Shown here one piece after another: positions 19,383-28,785 of a stretch of DNA of 64,000 nt. The notes under the pieces are model-generated. The model had not been told where the DNA came from. It made no database searches and worked only from the letters and a program-made list of their open reading frames with translations. Within the stretch, counting starts at the first letter, position 1; every line of letters begins with the position of its first letter. This DNA comes from a virus (lineage: Duplodnaviria > Caudoviricetes), in IMG/VR virus record IMGVR_UViG_3300032321_001270, positions 1-64,000 of that record; one strand, written 5' to 3'. The position numbers and the translations under genes are program-made.

Positions 19383-20255
19383 TCACCCCGCCTGCGCTTG
19401 TTCAGCCCGTTGCTTTAGCGCGACGATTTCGTCTGGGTCGACGTACGCCGGCAGAATACCGGCGATGCGCGCCTTCGACTTCGCGGCCTCTTCGACCGCT
19501 TTAGCCTTCGATCTCTCACGCGCTCGGTCGTACATGACCTTAGCAGCAAGACCGCCGAGTCCAAGTCCCGCGCCGACATACATGCTGCCCAAAGCCGCTG
19601 GTGTACGTTTAGCCACGTCGTATGTGCTCGTCAGCCAATCAAGCAACGCTGTTTTTTCTGTGGCAGCTTTTTCGCTGGCAGAATCGTATACGTCATCGAG
19701 TTTTTTTGCGGGCTCGCCACCGACCAAAGCGTCGTAATATTCTTTTTCAGCGGCGTCGATTTCCTGCTGGCGCTCTTGCTTTTTTTTACGGTTGTGAAGC
19801 GCTTCGATCAGTTTGTAACCGCCGTAAGCGCCAAGTCCGCCAGCCGCCACCGTAGCCACGTTACCGAAAGACGATCGCCACGCGTTGGGATCATAAGAGT
19901 TTGGTTGTTTTGCCGTCTGTGGTGTAAACGGGCGCACAAAACTCATCAACGAATCCGGCAAAGACTTACCGACGCCCTCACTGATGCTGTCGTATAGTCC
20001 AGCTATTTTTGTCTCAGTGATCTTGGGTGTCTCTTCCTCTTCTTCTTCAACTTTGGGCTGATTTAACGCCTGCGAAAGACCGCGAGCCAAGTAATACAAA
20101 CTAGCGGCACCAGCGCCAAGCCCCACACCACCGATGCCACGGCGCAAAATACGATCGCCCCAGAAACGCTGGTAATCTCGGTCCGTAGGTTGACCAACAG
20201 CGGTGGCTGGCTGGGTTGATATCGCATTGGCAGCTGTTTTTTCTGATGTGGTCAT
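19383..20255 (-). CDS. Virion-associated protein with Gly-rich hydrophobic segments
   Basis: EKTAA, KIAG, EKAATEKTA; three GxGxG hydrophobic stretches. Confidence 0.55.
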   Translation of the reverse strand: MTTSEKTAANAISTQPATAVGQPTDRDYQRFWGDRILRRGIGGVGLGAGAASLYYLARGLSQALNQPKVEEEEEETPKITETKIAGLYDSISEGVGKSLPDSLMSFVRPFTPQTAKQPNSYDPNAWRSSFGNVATVAAGGLGAYGGYKLIEALHNRKKKQERQQEIDAAEKEYYDALVGGEPAKKLDDVYDSASEKAATEKTALLDWLTSTYDVAKRTPAALGSMYVGAGLGLGGLAAKVMYDRARERSKAKAVEEAAKSKARIAGILPAYVDPDEIVALKQRAEQAQAG

Positions 20256-20266
20256 GTGTGCGCTCG

Positions 20267-20611
20267 TTACTTGGGCGGGATCATGCCATAAACCTGCGCC
20301 CATTCTAACCAAACGCGCAGGTGATTATGCTGGTCGTCCCAGTTATCCGTTCGTTTTAATAGGCGATACCAGCCGTTTACTATCTTATCATTTATCTCGT
20401 CAAACTCGGCTTTTTGCTGAGGATCCCACAAATCAAACATCTTGGATTTGAAGTCATACTGGATATCGATGTTTTCCAGTTCATCTTGCTTTAAATCGGC
20501 TCGACTTGCGCCGCCGATGACTGGAAAGCCGTCTAGCGTTCCGGGCCAGTTCAGCTGGGCGTTATTGTGCTTTTCGCCGCCGATTTCGCCATGATATTTG
20601 CGCAGGCTCAC
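20267..20611 (-). CDS. Hypothetical protein
   Basis: 114-aa ORF within the operon. Confidence 0.55.
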   Translation of the reverse strand: MSLRKYHGEIGGEKHNNAQLNWPGTLDGFPVIGGASRADLKQDELENIDIQYDFKSKMFDLWDPQQKAEFDEINDKIVNGWYRLLKRTDNWDDQHNHLRVWLEWAQVYGMIPPK

Positions 20612-20614
20612 AAA

Positions 20615-20971
20615 TTACCTTTCTGGCCGATAAAGACGTAACTTCTTGTTTGTCTTTGCCCGCGCGGCGTACGCCTTATACGCTGCCGCCAGTTCGCGAG
20701 CCTTCAGATCCTCTTCGTCGATGTCAGGCTCGGTGAGCTTGCCGGCTGCATGACCGGCTAACCCGCCACCAATCGTTGCCAGCATCAGCGGCGCGTAGGC
20801 CACATTGCTGACGGCTTTCCACGAATCAGACAGGGACGGGAGTTCCAGCGCCGCTTTTACAAATGCTTCCGCGGCGTTAATGCGCTCAGATAGGCCGTTT
20901 CCGGCAAGTTTTTCTTCGGCGCAGCGCTGCAGAAAACCCAGTTTAAAAGCTTCTTTTTCTGTGACATCCAT
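20615..20971 (-). CDS. Small virion-associated protein with a Gly-rich hydrophobic segment
   Basis: Start re-called at MDVTEKEAFKLGF; VKAA; GGGLAGHAAG. Confidence 0.5.
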   Translation of the reverse strand: MDVTEKEAFKLGFLQRCAEEKLAGNGLSERINAAEAFVKAALELPSLSDSWKAVSNVAYAPLMLATIGGGLAGHAAGKLTEPDIDEEDLKARELAAAYKAYAARAKTNKKLRLYRPER

Positions 20972-20972
20972 G

Positions 20973-21467
20973 TCAAAATTCTCCGGGCAGAATAAGTTTT
21001 TTGGGTTGCGCGCCAACGGTAAAATCGGGCGTGACGTGCTTGCCGGTATCCTTACCAAGTGGCAATGCACCCGGCAGCGCTGTTTTAAAGTTAGCGCCGC
21101 TGGCCATCGATATCTTACTCTTTCTGCCCGGGCGGTGTCGCATAAACCATGCGTCCACGGTCGGGTTGTTTCGGTCGCCCTGCTCTTTGGCGTCTTTTGT
21201 CGCCGCAATCATGTTATCAATAGCCTGCTGGAGTTCCGCCCTGTCAGCAGATAACCACGCGGCTTTTGCCGGGTTATCTACGGCAATCGTGCGGAGGCGT
21301 TTGGCCTCGTCGCTAATCGCCCGGGCACGCTCTAAAAATTCCCGGCGCGTCAGCACGAAGAATTCGCCGGTCGCCTCGTCGTGCAGGCATATAAAGCCGT
21401 TTTTGGCGTAAAACTTCAGGCCGCGATAGCTATAGCACTTCCCGGCCGATCCGTGGGCAGCGGACAT
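20973..21467 (-). CDS. Hypothetical protein
   Basis: 164-aa ORF coupled to neighbours. Confidence 0.5.
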   Translation of the reverse strand: MSAAHGSAGKCYSYRGLKFYAKNGFICLHDEATGEFFVLTRREFLERARAISDEAKRLRTIAVDNPAKAAWLSADRAELQQAIDNMIAATKDAKEQGDRNNPTVDAWFMRHRPGRKSKISMASGANFKTALPGALPLGKDTGKHVTPDFTVGAQPKKLILPGEF

Positions 21468-21475
21468 TCAACACC

Positions 21476-21844
21476 TTACGTACGGGGAATTGGGCAGATG
21501 CCGTTTTCGCAGTCGCTCGTTTTTACGGGCGGTAACGGCTTGACCTGTAACCTCATGGAGGGCAGCGGACCGGTTTCTTTTACGCCGCCCTTTAGCGCGC
21601 CGTCTTTCGGCTCGCAGTCGGGGCAGTCGGTCCAGTTTATATCGTCACCGGTACGGATACGCCCAGTGCCGTTGCAACGCTTGCAGTCTTTGGTGTCGAT
21701 GAGCGGCTTGTTTACCGGCGAATCAGGAAGCAAAGCAACATAAGCAGCCTCTGCAGCGACCACGCCGATATAGTCTTTTTTGGGCGGTTCGGCATGTGTC
21801 ACCGGGGCCAAAGCCAAAATCCATTCGAGCATGATCGCACTCAT
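21476..21844 (-). CDS. Exported protein with a DnaJ-type zinc-finger-like motif
   Basis: CKRCNGTG...CPDC; hydrophobic N-terminus; C-terminal CENGICP. Confidence 0.5.
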   Translation of the reverse strand: MSAIMLEWILALAPVTHAEPPKKDYIGVVAAEAAYVALLPDSPVNKPLIDTKDCKRCNGTGRIRTGDDINWTDCPDCEPKDGALKGGVKETGPLPSMRLQVKPLPPVKTSDCENGICPIPRT

Positions 21845-21868
21845 TACCGGTCGTGTGTTGTGTGTGTA

Positions 21869-22894
21869 CTAGATGTGGCCGCGGGCGCCGTAGCTGGCAA
21901 GCTTCTTCGGGGGCCAACCGTTTACTCCCGAGATCGCCACCATGTATCGATTTTTGATATCAGACCATTTAGCCCAGAAAGAGCCAACAGGAATATCAAC
22001 GACAGTGCCAAAAATACGGCGGCTTCCAGCATTCCACGCGCCCCAGCTGTTTTGCACCAATACAAGCGGCTCGCCGTAGAGTTTAATAATTTCTGGGCGG
22101 TCGTCTACAGCAAGATACGCGAGCGCGTGCGCCCATCCCTTTGATGTACGTTTTGAAAAGCCGTTGCTGTCGCGGTCGCTGCTCCACGACTCACCACCGC
22201 AGCTACTTACGCAGTAACCATTGGCGAGTAAGTCACGCAGGACTTCGTAATCTTCAACTTCGGTAATCGTCTGTACGCGGTGGCCTTCGCCGATCTTGCG
22301 CCACGATTCCGGCGGCGTATTGGAGCCGTAAATACCGGCGTTCCGCGAGCTGTATTGCGTGAAGTCGACGTTGATCTCGTCGTACTTCTTCCGCAGCCAG
22401 AGCCCCGAGTCGTTTAGCGCAACTTGCGCAGCTTCCGCACAGCTCCACCCGTCGCCGCCGTGCCGGCGCCAATTGTAAAACGCCTCGGTCGCGAGCACGC
22501 CGTTTAAACGAGCTGTGTCGCTAACTTCCGGCGCACCTTCCAACCGGTTGCTGTTCTGGTCCGGGAGGCCGCTCGTGATCTCGCAGCACATCGTGCCAAG
22601 ACAGGCGTTCCGGGTTGACCAGCTTACGCAGTCACCACGACCTTGCGCTCCACCCGGCAGGGCGTCCGGGTAGAGCTTCAAGATTTCAAGAAACGGCAAA
22701 CTTAACTTGCCCTTGCCCGTCTCTTCAAGTTTAAATGCCGAGCATGCCATGGCGCCGTCGGGGATACCACCGGCGGCCTTGATCTGGTCGCGGAGCGCGG
22801 CCGCGGCTTCGGGGTTGCCATAGGCTCCCACAAAGCCCGTTTCATACGCTGCCACAACGTCATAGACATTGTCGAAAAAGTGTTCTGTCGCCAT
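21869..22894 (-). CDS. Papain-like (C1) cysteine protease
   Basis: QGRGDCVSW (Q and C), WAHAL (H), VQNSWG (N). Confidence 0.8.
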   Translation of the reverse strand: MATEHFFDNVYDVVAAYETGFVGAYGNPEAAAALRDQIKAAGGIPDGAMACSAFKLEETGKGKLSLPFLEILKLYPDALPGGAQGRGDCVSWSTRNACLGTMCCEITSGLPDQNSNRLEGAPEVSDTARLNGVLATEAFYNWRRHGGDGWSCAEAAQVALNDSGLWLRKKYDEINVDFTQYSSRNAGIYGSNTPPESWRKIGEGHRVQTITEVEDYEVLRDLLANGYCVSSCGGESWSSDRDSNGFSKRTSKGWAHALAYLAVDDRPEIIKLYGEPLVLVQNSWGAWNAGSRRIFGTVVDIPVGSFWAKWSDIKNRYMVAISGVNGWPPKKLASYGARGHI

Positions 22895-22914
22895 GACTGC
22901 TCTCCGGCATTACG

Positions 22915-23358
22915 TCAGACATTCGGCTCGTCGGACTGAGTCTCGCTGACCAGTGTGACGCCGAAAGAACCCGGCTGCGCGGGCGGAATCGTATCAACAG
23001 CTGTAAACGACAGCACGGCGGGTTCAGACTTGTTGCCGGCGTCATCGACGTCGACCAGCGTCAGAACTACTTCGTCATTCTGCGTCACGGAAAACACGCT
23101 CAGGTCGGTCGTGTTCGCCGCGAGTTCAGCCGTACCCTGATCTTCGCCGTTGATCACCAGCGTCAGCAGACGGGTGACTACGTCGGCGTCGACGGGGGCC
23201 GCGGCGGAAACACGATACGTTAAAAGATCAGCCATAGTGGAAGTACTCCTAATTTGAAAAATCTCAACACCTGTTGGCATTTCCGGCGCATTTAAAAAAC
23301 GCGCCATTACTACCAATAACACAACAATTAAACACAACAGCACGACAGTAAGCGGCAT
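22915..23358 (-). CDS. Ig/Fn3-like small protein
   Basis: Beta-rich; VDDAGNKSEP...DTIPPAQPG resembles fibronectin-type linkers. Confidence 0.4.
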   Translation of the reverse strand: MPLTVVLLCLIVVLLVVMARFLNAPEMPTGVEIFQIRSTSTMADLLTYRVSAAAPVDADVVTRLLTLVINGEDQGTAELAANTTDLSVFSVTQNDEVVLTLVDVDDAGNKSEPAVLSFTAVDTIPPAQPGSFGVTLVSETQSDEPNV

Positions 23359-23359
23359 G

Positions 23360-23800
23360 TTATTTAGCAGCCGAATTTACAACAGTTTCGCACGCGGTAA
23401 TCAGTTTTTGCAGCGTCTCCGTGTTGCCCGGCAGGACGTCATCTGTGCCGACCGTTCTGGTAAAAACACCTTCGATTGCTTCGTCGAGTCCGGGATATTT
23501 CCCAACCTCGTCCACGGCAATATCGAGCGTATTTTGCTGCAGCTCTTCCCACTTTTCCGTGGTCGAGATACGGCGGTCGGTTGTCTTCTGCAGATCCTTG
23601 TTCAGCACGCGGATCAAACCCGTGTACGTGCCGACAATACGCGCCTTGTCGGCGGCAGTGGCTTTTTCAAGAAGCTTTACAATCGTGGCGTCGGTCGGCC
23701 CTGAAGGCTGAACTACACCCGAGTTTGGCAGCTGCGGGCCGTTTGGAAATACAACCGAAAGCAGCAGAAGCAACCCAGCAACCCAAACGATCTTTTTCAT
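23360..23800 (-). CDS. Exported/membrane-anchored hypothetical protein
   Basis: MKKIVWVAGLLLLLSVVF signal; ATGA overlap with the upstream gene. Confidence 0.55.
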   Translation of the reverse strand: MKKIVWVAGLLLLLSVVFPNGPQLPNSGVVQPSGPTDATIVKLLEKATAADKARIVGTYTGLIRVLNKDLQKTTDRRISTTEKWEELQQNTLDIAVDEVGKYPGLDEAIEGVFTRTVGTDDVLPGNTETLQKLITACETVVNSAAK

Positions 23801-24075
23801 ACAACACCCTTCGACGGTTGTTCGTACTCTACAATTACGCGCAAAAGAGCGGTGCACGCTTCTACGCCGGACTTGCAGTCTTCAGCGGCCAGCTTATCGC
23901 GCAGCTTGGTAACCGCGAGGATGTCGTTGACCAGCGGAACGGCGATTGAGTCGTTGACGGCGGGCGAACTGAGCGGGACGTTTACACCCTTCAACCGAGT
24001 CAACAGTTCTTTGCGATACGCTACCGCCAGAGTCGCTACGAACACCGCGGCGCATAACAGTTGAAATGTAGTCAT
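23797..24075 (-). CDS. Single-TM hypothetical protein
   Basis: N-terminal hydrophobic helix; GGAGG RBS. Confidence 0.5.
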   Translation of the reverse strand: MTTFQLLCAAVFVATLAVAYRKELLTRLKGVNVPLSSPAVNDSIAVPLVNDILAVTKLRDKLAAEDCKSGVEACTALLRVIVEYEQPSKGVV

Positions 24076-24109
24076 GATACCTCCAAGTTAATAACTGTTC
24101 TCTATTTTA

Positions 24110-24943
24110 TCACGTTTGCGGAACAAGTACATACGGCCGACCGTTAATAATAAGCGTGCCGGTAATTTGTAATCCAGCATCTTTTGTAATCGGGTAGGCT
24201 TTTGTGCGTTTGCCGTACAACTTGATGATTTCCGAAATGTCACCTTCTTGCGGTTTTGTAACGTTTGGGTCGTAGTACGGCGCCATGAGGTTGCCGGCAT
24301 TCAGGTGCGGCAGGCCGAGAGCGTGCCCGAGTTCGTGGCAAATTACCGCGACGGCCATGTTGAACGACCAGTCTTCAGCTTCGTCAAACATCTGATCGAG
24401 CTGCACGTTTTCTGCCACACCGCACGGCAGTTCGCTCCACGCCAACGTGCCGCCTTTGTTATCTAAACCGTTCTTCTTACCGGCACCCGAGCGGGCATAG
24501 ATGTTCGCCTTATTGGCTGTATCCACGCGGGTCGGTTCGAGGTTGCACACTTCGGCCCACTGGCTGAAAGCAATGTCATACGCCTCGGCCACCTGCGAGT
24601 TCGTTAAACCCGGCAGGTGAACTTCGTGGTAGTACGTGACATTTGGCATCGGCCATTTGCACGGGTCGCCGCCGGGTGCCGTGATGTTAAAGTCAGGCAG
24701 ACCGCAGCGCCGGCGGTTGATCCGGTGCGCCGTCTTGGGGCCGACAGTACCCGTGGGATTCAGACCGTTGAATTCTTGAAAGGTCCGAATCGCCTTCTGC
24801 AGTTCTGCGCCTTTGATCTTCTTGGCTTGCGCCAGCGTCTTGTCGCCGAAATACCCCAGCGCGTGCAGCCGCTTGAGGATTTCACTGACGGGCAGAACAT
24901 GGGCCTCATCGTGTGCGGTTGGCTTCCGTGCCATAGTGCGCAT
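24110..24943 (-). CDS. Peptidoglycan-binding domain plus matrixin (M10) metallopeptidase
   Basis: AIRTFQEFNGLNPTGTVGPKT (PG_binding_1); RCGLPD cysteine-switch-like; HELGHALGLPH with Met-turn LMAPYY. Confidence 0.8.
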   Translation of the reverse strand: MRTMARKPTAHDEAHVLPVSEILKRLHALGYFGDKTLAQAKKIKGAELQKAIRTFQEFNGLNPTGTVGPKTAHRINRRRCGLPDFNITAPGGDPCKWPMPNVTYYHEVHLPGLTNSQVAEAYDIAFSQWAEVCNLEPTRVDTANKANIYARSGAGKKNGLDNKGGTLAWSELPCGVAENVQLDQMFDEAEDWSFNMAVAVICHELGHALGLPHLNAGNLMAPYYDPNVTKPQEGDISEIIKLYGKRTKAYPITKDAGLQITGTLIINGRPYVLVPQT

Positions 24944-24957
24944 CCTTGCAAAAGAGT

Positions 24958-25362
24958 TTACTGCGCGGCGGCCAGCTCCATCAGGCCATCTGCGGCAGAA
25001 TCCTCAATTGTATCACTTAACTGATAGACGGTGTTAACGATTGGATTCGCGGCGCTATACGTCGTGCCGGTTTTTGCACAATGGTCGCGCCACAGGTTGT
25101 TTAAACGCCGGCGCAGGCGCATGAGTTTACGCGGCGGGAGTGTCCGCAGCTCACGCATGCTTTGCTTGATCGCCTCTTCCGAATTCTGCTCGCGGCAGTG
25201 AATGATCACCTGCACCAGAATCGAGATGATCATGATGATGGTGATCGGATCGAATTGAAACGAGTTGTCAGCCTGAAGCACAAGCTCGTCCGTGAGCTTG
25301 CGTTTCAGGGCAGACAGCGCGGGAGACGCGTCGATACGCTGCTGCAGTTCTTCGGTAGTCAT
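24958..25362 (-). CDS. Single-TM hypothetical protein
   Basis: FDPITIIMIISILVQVII. Confidence 0.5.
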   Translation of the reverse strand: MTTEELQQRIDASPALSALKRKLTDELVLQADNSFQFDPITIIMIISILVQVIIHCREQNSEEAIKQSMRELRTLPPRKLMRLRRRLNNLWRDHCAKTGTTYSAANPIVNTVYQLSDTIEDSAADGLMELAAAQ

Positions 25363-25811
25363 CAGTTCCCCGTCCGCTCAGCGCGCATCTTCTCAACCGC
25401 GACGGCTTCCATGTAGCGGTACCGGGCGTCGATCATCTGAGCACGAAGTTCAGTGCGGCCGGCGAGATACTTCCAGATCAGCGCGCTGTTAAGCACGACA
25501 ATCTGCGTGGCGCCGACAATCGCGGTGATCGCCTTTGTCAGCGTCTCGGCTTGCGACGAATCCACCCAGCCAACAAGTACGCCAACCGCAATCAGGTTCG
25601 TCACGGCGCCAACAGCCATCGTCCAGAATTCCGGCGTCAGCCAGTTGTTCGTATCCACGTTGGCATCGTCAACCGCGGCATTTAAAACGCGCAGTTCTTC
25701 GCGCACAGTTTCAACACTCTTTTTCGTAGCCATAGTAACTCCTTGAGGTTGGGGTACGGGCGTATTGTAGCTAGCCATTAAGTTTGTGCAAGATAGATTG
25801 TCATCGGCCAA
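25362..25811 (-). CDS. Holin-like two-TM membrane protein
   Basis: WLTPEFWTMAVGAVTNLIAVGVLVG and second helix AITAIVGATQIVVL. Confidence 0.45.
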   Translation of the reverse strand: MADDNLSCTNLMASYNTPVPQPQGVTMATKKSVETVREELRVLNAAVDDANVDTNNWLTPEFWTMAVGAVTNLIAVGVLVGWVDSSQAETLTKAITAIVGATQIVVLNSALIWKYLAGRTELRAQMIDARYRYMEAVAVEKMRAERTGN

Positions 25812-26844
25812 AGAGGCTCGGGACCATTGCGTGCATCATGCCGCCCCACAGCCCAAGCTCTTGTAATTTATTCTGTCCTTCCGGCGTCAGACCCGCTAAG
25901 GCAGATAACGCCTTGCCGGCAATATTTGCTGTCGCTAATCCAACGCCGGCTGAAGCAATCCCCCGTACAACGTCAATGGGTCGAATAATCGGGGAGCCAA
26001 CGCTTGTGCTGATCCCAGTCATGAGACCAGTTGTCGCGGCGGCAAACTGCGGCGGCGTGTGGTTCTGGAAACCGTGATACAACCCCCGGTTAACGTCCTG
26101 CCACGCTGCGCTATTGAACTGCGGCACCGATACAGTTGGTGCAAACATCGGCTCATTTAAAAACGCACCTGTTTCACCGCCAGACGGGATGGGGTATGAC
26201 TTTTTCTCGCGAGCTTCCTCGTATGGATAGACCACAGGGGTTTTGTTATTTGTAAACAGACCCGCCAGCATGCTGGTGCGCAACGCCTTAGCGTTGGCGT
26301 ACGAGTTCAACCCAGCCACACCCAACCCACCAAGCGCGCCAATCATGCCAAGCGTCCGACGCAGTTTTCCACGCTGAATATACCGAGACGGAAATAGCTG
26401 TTCGGCGAGCATACCGGCGCCGTAGCCCGCGCCGCCGGCCAGCAAACCGGTCATGATGCCGTTCGAGAGCGGTGTCGGGCCGCCGAGCATCTTATTTCCG
26501 GCGTTCCAGACTGTCGGCAATCCCGGAACGAGCGAGCCGCGCTTGACCAAGATCTCTTCATTCCAGTCGGGGTGCACGGCGTTGTAAGAAACGCTGGCTA
26601 AAATACGTCCGTCGGCGTAAATCTCTTGTTCGTACGCAGCATAAGCGTTTTTATCCAGCTGTTCAGCAGAATACAACGTGATACCGTTGAGTTCTGGCAT
26701 CCACGTCGCCGCGGTTGTCGCAAGCAACCCTGATTTGAGTGCCGCTTGCTCGTGCGCCATCTTTACAACAAGCGCCTGCGGCAGCACTTCGGCAATACGC
26801 GTCGGTACAAGCTGCCACTCGGTGATAGTCGGGGTTGCAGTCAT
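25801..26844 (-). CDS. Virion-associated protein with Gly-rich hydrophobic hairpins
   Basis: VKMA, DKNA; GLLAGGAGYGAGML and MIGALGGLGVAGL. Confidence 0.5.
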   Translation of the reverse strand: MTATPTITEWQLVPTRIAEVLPQALVVKMAHEQAALKSGLLATTAATWMPELNGITLYSAEQLDKNAYAAYEQEIYADGRILASVSYNAVHPDWNEEILVKRGSLVPGLPTVWNAGNKMLGGPTPLSNGIMTGLLAGGAGYGAGMLAEQLFPSRYIQRGKLRRTLGMIGALGGLGVAGLNSYANAKALRTSMLAGLFTNNKTPVVYPYEEAREKKSYPIPSGGETGAFLNEPMFAPTVSVPQFNSAAWQDVNRGLYHGFQNHTPPQFAAATTGLMTGISTSVGSPIIRPIDVVRGIASAGVGLATANIAGKALSALAGLTPEGQNKLQELGLWGGMMHAMVPSLFGR

Positions 26845-26847
26845 GGA

Positions 26848-27114
26848 TTAGTGAATGAGCGACAGTACAAAACGTAAAAACAGTGAGAACCACGCAAGGC
26901 AGCCGCTGATAGCGAAAAAAACGATGACACTGCTCGCACCGACAACGCGGCCAAGCTGCTGGATTTGAATGTTTTTGAGCAGATTCCACGCCTTGAGGTA
27001 GTCAATGGCGCCCGGTTTCTTGGCCGGAACTGGTTCAGGCGCAGGCGCGGGCGTATCGGGCGTTTTTTTGCCGCCCAGTAATTCGCGCAGTTTATCGAGG
27101 AACGGAGTGGACAT
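26848..27114 (-). CDS. Small membrane protein
   Basis: Start re-called at MSTPFL; hydrophobic C-terminal half. Confidence 0.45.
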   Translation of the reverse strand: MSTPFLDKLRELLGGKKTPDTPAPAPEPVPAKKPGAIDYLKAWNLLKNIQIQQLGRVVGASSVIVFFAISGCLAWFSLFLRFVLSLIH

Positions 27115-28534
27115 CTTTTTTACCCCAGTTCTGAATCGTGTCGAACACATCGTTGCCGTACAGCTGCGTGGCTTTGTCAAAACTGTTCATCTGCGGCAAC
27201 GTTCCAGTCGCAGCGGCTTGCGCCATCTGATACCGATAATGCGGGTCGAGCATGGATTTGTACAGATGCGACTTTTGCCGAGACTGTAAAATAAAATCAC
27301 CGCGCCGCTTGGCTTTGTACAGATGTTCCAGCACATTTGCGTAAACGGGCTTGTCGTGGTCGTACACAAACGGCTCGCGGAAGTTCAACAGGTTTTGAAA
27401 CTGCTGCCCGTACACGCTGGGCTGCGCGGCTTTGACCTGCGAGCCAATGACGTCTGCGGGCGCATGAAACTTGAACTTCGTCGGCGTGTGCGTAATCCCC
27501 TTGTGCTTGGGCTTGGGGTCGTCTACGCGCCAGTCTTGCGGTGATTGCGCGATTATTCGCCGCAAGATTTCGTGCTTTCGGTCGTACCTTTTGTTATCAG
27601 AATGCGCTTTCGCTAGCCGAAGCTGCTGCATGACAGCGGCTGTGGCGTCTTTTTCGATTACTTTGACTTTTTCGTAATAGGCGGGGTCTTCGGACAGATG
27701 ATCCTTGGCAATTTCTTTGGCGACTTGATCATTGTTCGTGTGTTCGTGCTCATGTTTAGCTCCTTCGGCTAACGCTGGTGCAGAAATTTCCCGATCGGGA
27801 ACATTATCGGCTTTTCCACCCTGTAACAGGTCGTTTTGTCCCGAGCGGGAAAGTTTTTCTCCCGATCGGGAAAATTCGGCGGCTTTTAGCGCTCCCCTGC
27901 TGATGGGGTTACTAAACCTATGCTCTTCCATCTCTTCGGCAGGGGTTTCGTAACCCTTCGCGACGCCGTTATCGAGCAGGACGCCTTTGCGGCGGGCGGC
28001 GACGGTGATGTGAAACGGCTGGTCTTCATTGGGCAGCGCCGACAGACCATAACTTTTGCGCAGCGCCGACAGTCCCGGGGCGGAAACCTGAATCACCCAG
28101 ACTTTGCTGACGCCATCGACGTTTTTAACGCTGATTTCTTTCAGGCTGCCGAGCGTGTAGCCAAACATGTGCCCGCGCTCGTTGATCTTATCCGCGCCGA
28201 CTTGCTGCACCTCGTCGGCCGTCATGACCGAGATATGCGCGTTAACGAGCTGAGAATCGACGTTGGGTACATTGAACACGCCCGCAGTTGGCAGCTCGAC
28301 GCCGGGCTCAACCATCGCATCAAACACACCGCGCACAAGGGCGTTCGGTACAGATAACAAAAGCCAGCCCGATTTGGCGAGATACAGTCGGCCGGCAAGC
28401 GGATAATTAGTGGCGGCTTGCTTGTTGCCGCTTTGATAGAGCCAGCCGAGCGCGTTGCCGGCGGCGTAAGCGGGGTGTTCCCGCAGATATTCAGGTTCCC
28501 ACGACAGCGGATCTAGCGCGGATAAGCTATCCAT
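27092..28534 (-). CDS. Multi-domain protein: 2H-phosphoesterase-like domain, DUF5661-like module and further modules separated by K-x-A motifs
   Basis: Paired H-x-S/T motifs AHISV and FHITV; GAKHEHEHT...AKEIAKDHLSEDPAYY (DUF5661-like). Confidence 0.6.
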   Translation of the reverse strand: MDSLSALDPLSWEPEYLREHPAYAAGNALGWLYQSGNKQAATNYPLAGRLYLAKSGWLLLSVPNALVRGVFDAMVEPGVELPTAGVFNVPNVDSQLVNAHISVMTADEVQQVGADKINERGHMFGYTLGSLKEISVKNVDGVSKVWVIQVSAPGLSALRKSYGLSALPNEDQPFHITVAARRKGVLLDNGVAKGYETPAEEMEEHRFSNPISRGALKAAEFSRSGEKLSRSGQNDLLQGGKADNVPDREISAPALAEGAKHEHEHTNNDQVAKEIAKDHLSEDPAYYEKVKVIEKDATAAVMQQLRLAKAHSDNKRYDRKHEILRRIIAQSPQDWRVDDPKPKHKGITHTPTKFKFHAPADVIGSQVKAAQPSVYGQQFQNLLNFREPFVYDHDKPVYANVLEHLYKAKRRGDFILQSRQKSHLYKSMLDPHYRYQMAQAAATGTLPQMNSFDKATQLYGNDVFDTIQNWGKKDVHSVPR

Positions 28535-28552
28535 TGCGTGGTCCTGTCCTTA

Positions 28553-28628
28553 TGGCTGCCTGAGTAGGACTCGAACCTACGACCCGGCGATTAACAGTCG
28601 CCTGCTCTACCAACTGAGCTATCAGGCA
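28553..28628 (-). tRNA. tRNA-Asn (GTT), CCA encoded
   Basis: Cloverleaf TGCCTGA...GGCGA-CTGTTAA-TCGCC...GTTCGAGT...TCAGGCA-G-CCA. Confidence 0.95.
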
Positions 28629-28635
28629 ATATGAA

Positions 28636-28785
28636 TCACGGCGTCGAATTAGCGGTTGGCGTATGCGTGTTGGCAATCGCGTGATGCGCGACGGCAGCAT
28701 ACGCTGACACCAACAGCATGAGGCAGAATACAGCGGACGCGCCCCACGCGGCCACACTCAATTGTTTACGAATGGTCATGGTCAT
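28636..28785 (-). CDS. 49-aa single-TM peptide (missing from the ORF track)
   Basis: MTMTIRKQLSVAAWGASAVFCLMLLVSAYAAVAHHAIANTHTPTANSTP; overlaps the end of the holin-like gene. Confidence 0.45.
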   Translation of the reverse strand: MTMTIRKQLSVAAWGASAVFCLMLLVSAYAAVAHHAIANTHTPTANSTP

